The notes beneath the pieces were generated by a model. It was not told where the DNA came from, searched no databases, and was given only the letters and a program-made list of their open reading frames with translations. A stretch of DNA of 32,000 nucleotides from Candidatus Karelsulcia muelleri PSPU (GTDB lineage Bacteria > Bacteroidota > Bacteroidia > Flavobacteriales > Blattabacteriaceae): the NCBI RefSeq assembly GCF_000829155.1, contig NZ_AP013293.1, forward strand, positions 1 to 32,000. The letters are read 5' to 3'. A program made the translations under genes and the position numbers. Below, piece by piece: positions 1-9,628 of the stretch; within the stretch, counting starts at the first letter, position 1; every line of letters starts with the position of its first letter.

Positions 1-678
1 ATGTTTAATAAAACAAAAGTTTTTTTTGAAGACTTTAAGAAAAAAAAATTTAAAGAAACTTGGGTTTATCAAACACAATTATTTAATAATATAATTAATA
101 TTAAATTATATAATAGATTAAATAAAAACAAAATAAAAATTGTACCTAATTATTTATTATTTGTAGAACACAACCATGTTTATACTTTAGGTAAAAGAGG
201 ATCATATAAAAATTTATTATTTAATAAAAAAAAAAAATCAATTTTAAAAATTGATAGAGGAGGAGATATTACTTATCATGGTCCTGGTCAATTAGTTTGT
301 TATCCGATATTTGATCTTACTAATTTTGACTTAGATATATATAAATATTTACGTTTTCTTGAAGAGGTTATAATAAAGCTTATATATAATTATGGTATTA
401 AAGGATATAGAATATCTAATAAAACAGGGGTATGGGTAAATAATAAAAATAAAATATGTGCAATTGGAATTAGAATAAGTAGATTTGTTACAATGCATGG
501 TTTAGCGTTAAATGTAAATACAGATTTAAGTTATTTTAATAATATTATTCCATGTGGAATTAAAAATAAAGGTGTTACATCAATAAATGTAGAAACAAGA
601 TATATAATATATATGTATGAAGTAAAATTACTTTTAAAAAAAAATTTAATATATTTTTTTAAAATAAAATTTATTTAA
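1..678 (+). CDS. lipB: Octanoyltransferase (lipoate-protein ligase B)
   Basis: The 225-aa ORF carries the LipB core 'DRGGDITYHGPGQLVCYPI' and 'KICAIGIRISRFVTMHGLALNV', which align to E. coli LipB 'DRGGQVTYHGPGQ' and 'KICSLGLRI...HGLALNV'. The ATG is at window position 1 and the N-terminus aligns with full-length LipB. Confidence 0.85.
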   Translation: MFNKTKVFFEDFKKKKFKETWVYQTQLFNNIINIKLYNRLNKNKIKIVPNYLLFVEHNHVYTLGKRGSYKNLLFNKKKKSILKIDRGGDITYHGPGQLVCYPIFDLTNFDLDIYKYLRFLEEVIIKLIYNYGIKGYRISNKTGVWVNNKNKICAIGIRISRFVTMHGLALNVNTDLSYFNNIIPCGIKNKGVTSINVETRYIIYMYEVKLLLKKNLIYFFKIKFI

Positions 679-795
679 TTATATCCTAATATATGTATTT
701 AAAGCAGTTACAATACCAACATTAAAAATAATTTAATATACAATTATGCTAAAAAAGCATGGGTTTTTATATGCATAATTTATATTTTAAAATTA

Positions 796-837
796 ATTAT
801 AGATATTTCACCCAATATTGGGTGAAATATCTATAAT
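796..837. repeat. 42-bp perfect palindrome (18-bp stem around the self-complementary centre AATATT) in the lipB-yidC spacer; possible terminator or RNA-stability hairpin
   Basis: Read directly: 'attatagatatttcaccc aatatt gggtgaaatatctataat'. Every base pairs with its mirror partner. The GGGTG/CACCC core stands out in AT-rich DNA. No T-run follows it. Confidence 0.6.
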
Positions 838-889
838 AAAATTAATGTATTGTATATATTATATAATATTATCTAATATAGAAATAGTT

Positions 890-2461
890 ATGGAAACTAA
901 ATTTAATAAATTTTTAATTAATATTTTAATATTATTTATAATAATATCTTTTTTTTTTAAAAAAAAATCAAAATTAGAAAATTTTGAAAATGTATTTCTT
1001 ACAAATAAATTAATTAAAAATGAGTATTTTAAAAAAAAAAAAAATAAAGATAAAGAAGTAATAATAGAAAATAATGTACTAAAATTAAGTATATCTACGA
1101 TAGGTGGTAATATTAAAAATCTTTTTTTAAAAAAATATAAAAATTATCATAATAATGATGAAAATCTCTATCTTATTAAAGATAATAGCTCTTTATTTGG
1201 TTTAGAATTTACCAATAAATCTTGTAAAAAATTCAATACTTATGAAGTAGAATTTATTCCTAAAATAAAAGAAGATGAATTTAAATATACTATTAATATG
1301 CAGGCTAAATTAGATAATAATGTATATATTTCTTATGTATATGTTATTTATAAAAATAATAATTATAATATAGATTTTTATATCAGAACTAAAGGATTCT
1401 CTGATTTGTTATCAACTAATTTAGAATGGAATCAAAAATTATTAAGGCTTGAAAAAGACCCCAAAATAGAAAATAATTATAATCAAATTTTTTATAGTAT
1501 TAATAAATTTAAAAAAAAAATAAATTTTTTAAATCCAAAAAAATCTCTTCATAAGAAAGCTAAAAATCTATATTGGATTGCTAATAAACAACAATTTTTT
1601 GTATCAATTTTATTGTTTAAAAAACCCTTAAAAGACAAAAAAATAATTTTTTTTTTAAAAAATGAAAATTTGAATTCAATAAATAAAAGATCTAATTTAA
1701 AAATTAAAATAATAAATAAAAATAATAAAGAATTGAATTTATCAAATAAATGGTATTTTGGTCCATTAGATTATAATATACTTAAAAAAAATAAATATGG
1801 TTTTGAAAATCTAATTCAATTTGGAGGTGTAGTTGGAAAATATATAAATAGGTATGTTTTTTTCTATCTATTTTCTATTTTAGAAAAAACTAATTTGAAT
1901 TATGGATTAATAATCATTTTAATGACCATTATTGTAAAATTAATAATTCTTCCAATTACTTATAATCAATATAAATTGAATTCAATAATTGAAATGTTTC
2001 GTACATCATTTGATGATATCAATCATTATAAATTGACAAATAAACAATCTCTAATTAAATTAGATAAAAAAATTTTAATGAATAGTATATTATATGCTAT
2101 AATACAAATACCTATATTTTATTCATTATTTCATTTTTTTCCAACATTAATAAATTTAAGAGGTAAAAGTTTTTTATGGATTGATAATTTAACATATTAT
2201 GATTCTATTTTAAATTTCAAATTTAAGATTCCAATATATGGAAATCATATAAGTTTATTGACTATATTATATTCAATATCATTATTAATTTTGAGAAAAA
2301 TTAATAATAGTAAATATCAAACAAATAATAATTCAATTTATATTATGTCTATAATAATTTTATTATTTATTAATAATTATTCTTCTGGTCTTTATTTATA
2401 TTATTTAATTTCTAATATAATTAATATTATTATATATATTTATTATAAAAAAAATCTATAA
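890..2461 (+). CDS. yidC: Membrane protein insertase YidC
   Basis: The C-terminal half has the YidC/Oxa1 multi-TM core ('GLIIILMTIIVKLIILPITYNQYK', 'LWIDNLTYYD', hydrophobic tail). The size and a single N-terminal TM followed by a large periplasmic-type domain fit the family. I place the start at ATG 890 (METKFNKF...) rather than the track's TTG at 818, which lies inside the palindrome. Confidence 0.8.
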   Translation: METKFNKFLINILILFIIISFFFKKKSKLENFENVFLTNKLIKNEYFKKKKNKDKEVIIENNVLKLSISTIGGNIKNLFLKKYKNYHNNDENLYLIKDNSSLFGLEFTNKSCKKFNTYEVEFIPKIKEDEFKYTINMQAKLDNNVYISYVYVIYKNNNYNIDFYIRTKGFSDLLSTNLEWNQKLLRLEKDPKIENNYNQIFYSINKFKKKINFLNPKKSLHKKAKNLYWIANKQQFFVSILLFKKPLKDKKIIFFLKNENLNSINKRSNLKIKIINKNNKELNLSNKWYFGPLDYNILKKNKYGFENLIQFGGVVGKYINRYVFFYLFSILEKTNLNYGLIIILMTIIVKLIILPITYNQYKLNSIIEMFRTSFDDINHYKLTNKQSLIKLDKKILMNSILYAIIQIPIFYSLFHFFPTLINLRGKSFLWIDNLTYYDSILNFKFKIPIYGNHISLLTILYSISLLILRKINNSKYQTNNNSIYIMSIIILLFINNYSSGLYLYYLISNIINIIIYIYYKKNL

Positions 2462-3767
2462 ATTCGTCGATATAAGAATATTCTTTTTCAATACTAAATT
2501 TTAAATTTTTTACTTTTATTTTATTTTTTTTTATTTCTTTTTTACCTATTAAAAATACAAAAGTAATTTTTTTTTTATTAGCATATTTTAATTGTTTTTT
2601 TATTTTTATATTATCTGGATATAATTCTGAAGAGATTCCATTTTTTCTTAATTCAAGTATTAATTTATAAGAATAAATAGATTCATTATAACCAAAATTA
2701 ATAAAAATTACGTCTAAATATTTAAACAAAAATTTATTAAATAAATTCATTTCTAACATAGAAATATAAATTCTATCTAATCCAAAAGATATTCCAATAC
2801 CAGATAATTTTTTTTTTAATCCAAAAATTTTTGTTAAATTATCGTATCTACCTCCTCCAGAGAGAGATAATATATTATTTTCTGTTAAAACTTCAAATAT
2901 TATTCCTGTATAATAATTTAATCCACGTGCTAAATTAGTTTTAAAAATTAATTTCGATGATTTTAATTTAAAATTTTTTATTATTTTAAATATAAATTTA
3001 ATTTCATTTATAAAATGAAAACATTTTTTTAATGGTAAAAAAAAATGATATATTTTTAATATATTTTTTTCTTCTTTAAAAATCCAAAAAATTTTTTTAA
3101 GTAAATATTTAGAAATTCCTATTTTAATTAATTTTTTAAAAATTTTTTTTGATCCTATTTTTTCCCATTTATCTAAAATTTTAGTAAATTCTATAAATTT
3201 TTTATTTATACCTAAAAAATATGATAATTGTTTAAGAATTTCTATATGATTAAATTTAATTATAACAGGTAAATTTAATTCATAAAAAATTTTATCATAA
3301 AGTAAGATAAGTTCTATTTCTTGCCAAATTGATTTGGATCCGATTGAATCTACATCACATTGATAAAATTCCCTAAATCTTCCTTTTTGTGGTTTTTCTG
3401 CCCGCCAAACAGGTTGTATTTGATATCTTTTAAAAGGAAATAAAATTTTATTTTTATTCATTACCACATATCTAGCCAAAGGAACTGTTAAATCATATCT
3501 TAAAGCTTTTTTAAAAATTTTTTTTTTATTCGATAATAAAGAATAATTTAAAATTATTCCTGAATTAATAATTTTAAAAATCAATTTTTCTCCTTCTTCT
3601 CCATACTTTCTTTTAAGAATAGATATATTTTCAATAGAAGTTGTTTCTATTGGAGAAAAACCAAATAATTCAAAATTTTTTTTTATAATATATATGATAT
3701 AATTTCTTTTTCTAATTTCATTAGTAGAAAAATCTCTAGTACCATATGGTATACTTATATTAGACAT
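2430..3767 (-). CDS. hisS: Histidine--tRNA ligase
   Basis: Class II HisRS motifs are present: 'RYDLTVPLARYV', 'GRFREFYQCDVD' (motif 2) and 'GGGRYDNL' (motif 3). The protein is 445 aa. The 3' end overlaps the yidC 3' end by 32 bp. Confidence 0.9.
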   Translation of the reverse strand: MSNISIPYGTRDFSTNEIRKRNYIIYIIKKNFELFGFSPIETTSIENISILKRKYGEEGEKLIFKIINSGIILNYSLLSNKKKIFKKALRYDLTVPLARYVVMNKNKILFPFKRYQIQPVWRAEKPQKGRFREFYQCDVDSIGSKSIWQEIELILLYDKIFYELNLPVIIKFNHIEILKQLSYFLGINKKFIEFTKILDKWEKIGSKKIFKKLIKIGISKYLLKKIFWIFKEEKNILKIYHFFLPLKKCFHFINEIKFIFKIIKNFKLKSSKLIFKTNLARGLNYYTGIIFEVLTENNILSLSGGGRYDNLTKIFGLKKKLSGIGISFGLDRIYISMLEMNLFNKFLFKYLDVIFINFGYNESIYSYKLILELRKNGISSELYPDNIKIKKQLKYANKKKITFVFLIGKKEIKKNKIKVKNLKFSIEKEYSYIDEFIDFFYNKYI

Positions 3768-3822
3768 AATTTTTTTATTGTAAAGTTTTATTTATATTAT
3801 TATAATAATATTTATTTCATAT

Positions 3823-6441
3823 ATGAATTTTAAAAAAGTATATGATCATAAAAAAATAGAAAATAAAATTTATAAATATTGGATTTATAAAAATTATTTT
3901 TCATCTTTTACAGAAAAAAAAAAATCATATACTATAATAATGCCTCCACCTAATATTACTGGTATATTACATATGGGGCATATTCTTAATAATACAATAC
4001 AAGATATTTTAATACGTTATGCTAGAATGAAAGGATACAATGCATGTTGGGTTCCAGGTACAGATCATGCTTCTATTGCTACTGAAGCAAAAATAGTTTC
4101 TCATTTAAAAAAAAAAAATATTTTTAAAGAAAAAATAGGTAAAAAAAAATTTTTAAATTATGGATGGAAATGGAAAAATAAATATGAAAAAATTATTATT
4201 AATCAAATAAAAAAATTAGGATGTTCTTGTGATTGGAATAGAAAAAAATTTTCAATGGATAGTATCATTAATGAATCTGTAACAAAAATTTTTGTTAAAC
4301 TTTATAAAGAAGGAAAAATATATAGAAATTATAGTCTTGTTAATTGGGATCCAGATGCTGGAACTACAATATCAAATGAAGAAATAATTTATAAAAAATA
4401 TAATGGAAAATTATATTATATAAAATATAAAATTGAAGGAGAAAAAAAATTTTTAACAGTAGCTACTACAAGGCCAGAAACTATACTAGCAGATACGGCA
4501 ATTTGCATAAATCCAAAAGATAAAAGATATTTTAATATAAAAAAAAAAAAAGTTATAAATCCTTTATGTTCAAAATTAATTCCTATTATTGAAGATGATT
4601 ACGTTGATATGAATTTTGGGACAGGATGTTTAAAAATAACTCCTGCTCATGATTTAAATGATAAATTAATTGCAGATAGGCATAAAATATCAGTTATTAA
4701 TATTTTTGATGATAGAGCTGTTATAAATCATAATGGATTAAATTTTTGTGGAAAAGATAGATTTAAAGCTAGAAAAGAAATTATTGAATTACTTAAAAAA
4801 GAAAAAAAAATATTAAAAATTGATAAATATATATATAATATAGGTATATCTGAACGTACAAAATCTATTATTGAACCAAAATTATCATTACAATGGTTTG
4901 TAAAAATTAAAGATTTTATTACTCCCACTTTATTTTATATAAATAATAAAAATATTAATCTTTATCCAAAGAATATAAAAAATATTTTTAATCATTGGCT
5001 TTCTAATATTCATGATTGGAATATATCACGTCAACTTTGGTGGGGACATAGGTTACCTGTTTATTATTATAATGAGAATAATGAAGATTTTGTTGTATCT
5101 GAAACAATTGAAGAAGCTTTAAAAGAAGCACGTATAAAAAGTAACAATAAGATTTTATCTTATAAAAATCTTAGACAAGAAAAGGATGTTTTAGATACTT
5201 GGTTTTCCTCTTGGTTATGGCCAATATCTGTATTTGATGGAATTAGGTATCCTAATAATAATGAAATTAAATATTATTATCCTACTCAAGATTTAATTAC
5301 TGCTCCTGATATTTTATTTTTTTGGGTCATTCGTATGATAATGTTAGGACATTATATAATGGAAACTGAACCTTTTAAAAATATATATTTTACTGGAATT
5401 GTTAAAGATAAAAAAAAAAAAAAAATGTCTAAATCTTTAGGTAATTCACCGGATCCTATTGATTTAATATATAAATATGGAGCTGATGCTGTTCGTGTTG
5501 GTATTTTATTAAGTTCTAATGTAGGAATAGATTTAATATTTGATAACAATTTTTGTTTAAAAGGACGTAATTTAGCTAATAAAATTTGGAATGCATTTCT
5601 ATTAATAAATAGTATAAAATCAGAAAATGTTTTAAAAATGAAATATTCTGATGAATTAACCATAAAATGGTTTGATAATAAAATTAATAAATCTTTATCT
5701 AAAATAGAATTTTCTATAAAAAATTATAGAATTTCTGAATCATTTTTAATAATATATAAATTATTTTGGAATGATTTTTGTTCATATTATTTAGAATTAA
5801 TAAAATATAACTCAAAAATTTTAAATAAAAAAATAATAAATAAAACTATTTTTTTTTTTAAAAAAATATTAAAATTATTTCATCCTTATATGCCTTTTAT
5901 AACAGAATATATATGGCAATTTTTTAAAAAAAATGAAAAGGATTTAATTATTACCAACTGGCCAAAACATTATATTTATAATAATTTTTTTATTAAAAAA
6001 TTTAAAAAATCTCTTTTTTTTATAAGATTTTTACGTAAATTGCGTGTAATTAATAATATTTATAATAAAAAAAACTTAATTTTAATAGTTTTATCTGAAA
6101 ATAAAGACTTTTTATATTATTCTTTAATTTTAAAATTAGGAAATATAAGCTATATACAATTTTTTAAAAAAAAACCTAAAAAATATTTTTCTTTTATATT
6201 TGAAATGAAAGAGTTTTTTTTAAAAAAAAAATTAAAGAATTCTTCTTTAGAAGAAGTAAAAAAAAAAATTTTTTTTTATAAAATTTTTTTATTAAAAATA
6301 AATAATAAAATTTCTCATAATAAATTTTTAAAAAAGGCTACATTAAATATAATAAAAAAAGAAAAAAAAAAACAATTAGATTGTATTAAAAATATTTTTT
6401 TTTTAAAAAAAAAAAAAAATATTTATTTATATAAAACTTAA
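3823..6441 (+). CDS. valS: Valine--tRNA ligase
   Basis: Class I motifs 'PPPNITGILHMGH' (HIGH) and 'KMSKSLGN' (KMSKS) are present, with ValRS-specific 'TTRPETILADTAI' and 'WNISRQLWWGHRLPVYY'. The protein is 872 aa with a Lys-rich, degenerate C-terminal tail. Confidence 0.95.
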   Translation: MNFKKVYDHKKIENKIYKYWIYKNYFSSFTEKKKSYTIIMPPPNITGILHMGHILNNTIQDILIRYARMKGYNACWVPGTDHASIATEAKIVSHLKKKNIFKEKIGKKKFLNYGWKWKNKYEKIIINQIKKLGCSCDWNRKKFSMDSIINESVTKIFVKLYKEGKIYRNYSLVNWDPDAGTTISNEEIIYKKYNGKLYYIKYKIEGEKKFLTVATTRPETILADTAICINPKDKRYFNIKKKKVINPLCSKLIPIIEDDYVDMNFGTGCLKITPAHDLNDKLIADRHKISVINIFDDRAVINHNGLNFCGKDRFKARKEIIELLKKEKKILKIDKYIYNIGISERTKSIIEPKLSLQWFVKIKDFITPTLFYINNKNINLYPKNIKNIFNHWLSNIHDWNISRQLWWGHRLPVYYYNENNEDFVVSETIEEALKEARIKSNNKILSYKNLRQEKDVLDTWFSSWLWPISVFDGIRYPNNNEIKYYYPTQDLITAPDILFFWVIRMIMLGHYIMETEPFKNIYFTGIVKDKKKKKMSKSLGNSPDPIDLIYKYGADAVRVGILLSSNVGIDLIFDNNFCLKGRNLANKIWNAFLLINSIKSENVLKMKYSDELTIKWFDNKINKSLSKIEFSIKNYRISESFLIIYKLFWNDFCSYYLELIKYNSKILNKKIINKTIFFFKKILKLFHPYMPFITEYIWQFFKKNEKDLIITNWPKHYIYNNFFIKKFKKSLFFIRFLRKLRVINNIYNKKNLILIVLSENKDFLYYSLILKLGNISYIQFFKKKPKKYFSFIFEMKEFFLKKKLKNSSLEEVKKKIFFYKIFLLKINNKISHNKFLKKATLNIIKKEKKKQLDCIKNIFFLKKKKNIYLYKT

Positions 6442-6455
6442 TTTTTTTAAAAAAA

Positions 6456-7574
6456 ATGAAATTTATATCCTCTAGTAATGATCTTTTAAAATCATTAAAA
6501 TCTATTTATAATGTTATAAACATTAATAACAAATCACCTATTTTAGAAACTTTTCTTTTTAAAATTAAAAAAAAAAATTTATTAAATATAACCGTTTCTG
6601 ATTTAGAAATAACGATGATAACTCAAATAAAAATTAATTCAATTAATTTTGGCAGTGCTGCAATTCCTTATAAAATTTTAATAGAAATTTTAAAAAAAAT
6701 TCCTGAACAACCTTTAACTTTTATTAAAGAAATTGATAATAAATTAAAAATAATATCTCAAAACGGGGAATATAATATATCTATATCTTCTTCAGAAGAA
6801 TATCCAAAATATTCTAAATTAGAAAAGACAGATTCTTTTTTTATATCGGAAAAAAAATTATTAAAAATAATAAATTATACTTTATTTGCAGTAGGAAATG
6901 ATGATATACGTCCAGTTATAAATGGTGTATATTTTGAAATAAATTATAATATTTCAAGTTTTATATCAACAGATACTAATTTATTAGTAAAATATTCTAT
7001 AAAAGAAATTTTTTCTAAAAAAAAAATTTTTTTTATTATTCCTAAAAAACCATTAAATTTATTAAAGAATAATTTAAATTATACAGATAAATCTGTTTTA
7101 ATAGAATATAATAAATATAATACATCTTTTTTATTTCAAAATAAAAAACTTATATGTACTCTTATAAATGGAAATTATCCAAATTATTTATCTATTATTA
7201 ATAATAAATATAATAAAATATTAATTATAAATAAAAATTATTTTCTTAATTCTATTAAACGTGTTATATTATTTTCAAATTTATTAACATATCAAATTAT
7301 TTTAAATTTTTCTAAAAGTAAATCTAAAATTTCATCATGGGATATAAATTCTAATAATAAAGCATTTGAATATTTATTTTGTCATTATGAAGGAGATCCT
7401 ATAGAAATAGGATTTAATTCAAAATATTTAATAGAAATATTATCAAATATTAATTGTGATGATATAAAATTGGAAATGTTCAATAATAACACTTCTTGTA
7501 GATTGACACCTATTATTAATTTATCTAAAAAAGAAGAAATATTAATATTAATAATGCCTATTTTTATTAAATAA
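6456..7574 (+). CDS. dnaN: DNA polymerase III beta subunit (sliding clamp)
   Basis: A 372-aa ORF of clamp size. 'IRPVINGVYFE' and 'LINGNYPNY' align to E. coli DnaN 'TRYYLNGMLFE' and 'LVDGRFPDY'. Confidence 0.8.
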   Translation: MKFISSSNDLLKSLKSIYNVININNKSPILETFLFKIKKKNLLNITVSDLEITMITQIKINSINFGSAAIPYKILIEILKKIPEQPLTFIKEIDNKLKIISQNGEYNISISSSEEYPKYSKLEKTDSFFISEKKLLKIINYTLFAVGNDDIRPVINGVYFEINYNISSFISTDTNLLVKYSIKEIFSKKKIFFIIPKKPLNLLKNNLNYTDKSVLIEYNKYNTSFLFQNKKLICTLINGNYPNYLSIINNKYNKILIINKNYFLNSIKRVILFSNLLTYQIILNFSKSKSKISSWDINSNNKAFEYLFCHYEGDPIEIGFNSKYLIEILSNINCDDIKLEMFNNNTSCRLTPIINLSKKEEILILIMPIFIK

Positions 7575-7581
7575 AAATAAA

Positions 7582-9600
7582 ATGAAAATATCTTATAATT
7601 GTTTAAAACAATATATTTCTACTGAAGTGGAAATTGAAAATATTTGTAATATTTTAACTGATATAGGGATTAATGTTGAAAATTTTTTTTCTTTCAAAAA
7701 AGATTATTTAATAGAATTAAATCTCCCCCCTAATAGGGGAGATATTATTAGTCATTATGGAATAGCTAGAGATTTAAATATTGCTTTAAAATTTAGAGGA
7801 TTTAAATCTAAAATGAGAAAATTACCATCTGTTTTTCTTTTTAAGAAAGATTTTGATATAAAAAATATTAATTTTTTTATTAAAAATTATAAAAAATGTC
7901 TAAGATATACATATACGACTATATGTAATATTAATGTTTTTGATTCACCTAAATGGTTAAAAAATTATTTATCTAATAGAGGTTATAACTCTATAAATAA
8001 TCTATTAGATATAGAACATTTTATAATGTCTGAATTAGGTCAACCTATAAAAATATTTGATTTAGATAAAATAATAAATTTTTCTCTAAAAATAGAAAAA
8101 TTTAAAAAAAAAATTAAAATAGATAAAAAAAAAATTTTATCTGAAAAAAATTTGATTTTATTAAATAATAAAAATACTATTTCCTTAGCAGGACTATTAA
8201 TGAATAAATATTTTATTGTGAATAATAAGACAAAAAATATTTTTATTGAAAGTGCAGATTATTCATCAGAATATATATATAAAACTGCAAAAAAATATCA
8301 TATAAAAAATGATTCATCTATAAGATTTGAAAGAGGAATAGATACTAATTTTATTATTTATGCTTTAAAAAGAGCTGCATTATTAATAAAAAAAATATCT
8401 GGGGGGAAAATAACATCAGATGTTATAGATTTATCCCCCCAAAAAAAAAATAATATAGAAATATTTTTACGTTATAAAATAATAAAATATATTATTGGTT
8501 ATAATATAAATATAAAAAAAATAAAAAAAATTTTATTTCTTTTAGAAATATATATTTTATTTGAAAATTTAAATGGGTTAAAAATTAAAATACCGTTTTA
8601 TAGAAAAGATATAACTAGGGAAATTGATGTTATTGAAGAAATATTAAGAATATATGGATATAATAATTTTATAAAAAAAAAAAAAATAAATCAAAATTAT
8701 ATTATAAATAATAATCTAAAAATAGAAAATATTATTTCTAATCAATTAAATTCACATGGATTTTATGAAACTTTAAATATTTCTTTAAATAAAAAAAGAT
8801 ATAGAAAATATTATTCTAATAATAGATATAAGAAAATAAATATATTAAATTCTTATAATCAAAATTTATCTATTTTAAGGTTTAGTCTTTTATTTGGTTT
8901 ACTTGAAAATATTTCCTATAATTTAAATAGAAATAAAAACAAAATAAAATTATTTGAATGGGGGAAAAAATATCTTTTTTTAAAAAAAAATATTATAGAA
9001 AATAATACTCTTGGTTTAATTTTTTATGATGAAAAAAAAAAAGATGATAATTATAATTTATTTTTTAAATTTAAAGGAATTATAGAACAAATAATAAGAA
9101 GATGTGGAATGATTATTTATCATCAAAATTTTTATAAAAATAATTTTTTAGAAAATGGATTATCATTTTTTTATAAAAAAAAAATTTTTTGTGTTATTGG
9201 ATATGTTAAAAACAAAATTTTAATAGAATTTGAAATTTATAAAAAAATTTTATATGCAGATATAAATTGGGATATAATTAATATTATTATTAATAATAAT
9301 TATTATTATAAAAAAATATATAAAAAAAAAGATAATTTTAATAGAGATATAAGAGATATCTCTTTACTTATAGATAAAAATATTTCTTTTGAAGAAATAA
9401 AAAATATTTCTTTTTCTTTAGAAAAAGAAAATTTAAAAAAAATTGTTTTATTAGATGAATATAAATCTACAAATTTACCTTTTGGTAAAAAATCTTATAC
9501 TCTAAGTTTTTATTTTAAAAAAAAAACTTATAAGATTGAAAATCTTATTCATAACCTAAAAACAGAATTTAAAAAAAAAATAAAAGCTAAAATAAGATAA
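7582..9600 (+). CDS. pheT: Phenylalanine--tRNA ligase beta subunit (shortened)
   Basis: The N-terminus 'MKISYNCLKQYI' matches the family, followed by 'PPNRGDIISHYGIARDL' (compare E. coli 'TPNRADCLGIIGVARD'), the B5 region 'IKIPFYRKDITREIDVIEEILRIYGYNN', and a C-terminal FDX-ACB-like domain. At 672 aa, the OB-fold tRNA-binding domain appears to be missing. Confidence 0.85.
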   Translation: MKISYNCLKQYISTEVEIENICNILTDIGINVENFFSFKKDYLIELNLPPNRGDIISHYGIARDLNIALKFRGFKSKMRKLPSVFLFKKDFDIKNINFFIKNYKKCLRYTYTTICNINVFDSPKWLKNYLSNRGYNSINNLLDIEHFIMSELGQPIKIFDLDKIINFSLKIEKFKKKIKIDKKKILSEKNLILLNNKNTISLAGLLMNKYFIVNNKTKNIFIESADYSSEYIYKTAKKYHIKNDSSIRFERGIDTNFIIYALKRAALLIKKISGGKITSDVIDLSPQKKNNIEIFLRYKIIKYIIGYNINIKKIKKILFLLEIYILFENLNGLKIKIPFYRKDITREIDVIEEILRIYGYNNFIKKKKINQNYIINNNLKIENIISNQLNSHGFYETLNISLNKKRYRKYYSNNRYKKINILNSYNQNLSILRFSLLFGLLENISYNLNRNKNKIKLFEWGKKYLFLKKNIIENNTLGLIFYDEKKKDDNYNLFFKFKGIIEQIIRRCGMIIYHQNFYKNNFLENGLSFFYKKKIFCVIGYVKNKILIEFEIYKKILYADINWDIINIIINNNYYYKKIYKKKDNFNRDIRDISLLIDKNISFEEIKNISFSLEKENLKKIVLLDEYKSTNLPFGKKSYTLSFYFKKKTYKIENLIHNLKTEFKKKIKAKIR

Positions 9601-9628
9601 TATATGTTTTATAATTTAAATTATATAT

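Noticed and set aside
818-889. The ORF track's upstream TTG start for yidC (MGEISIIKLMYCIYYIILSNIEIV...)
   Set aside because: The TTG lies inside the loop and 3' arm of the 42-bp palindrome. The extra 24 residues show no YidC-like features. ATG 890 gives a normal short N-terminus followed by a TM segment.
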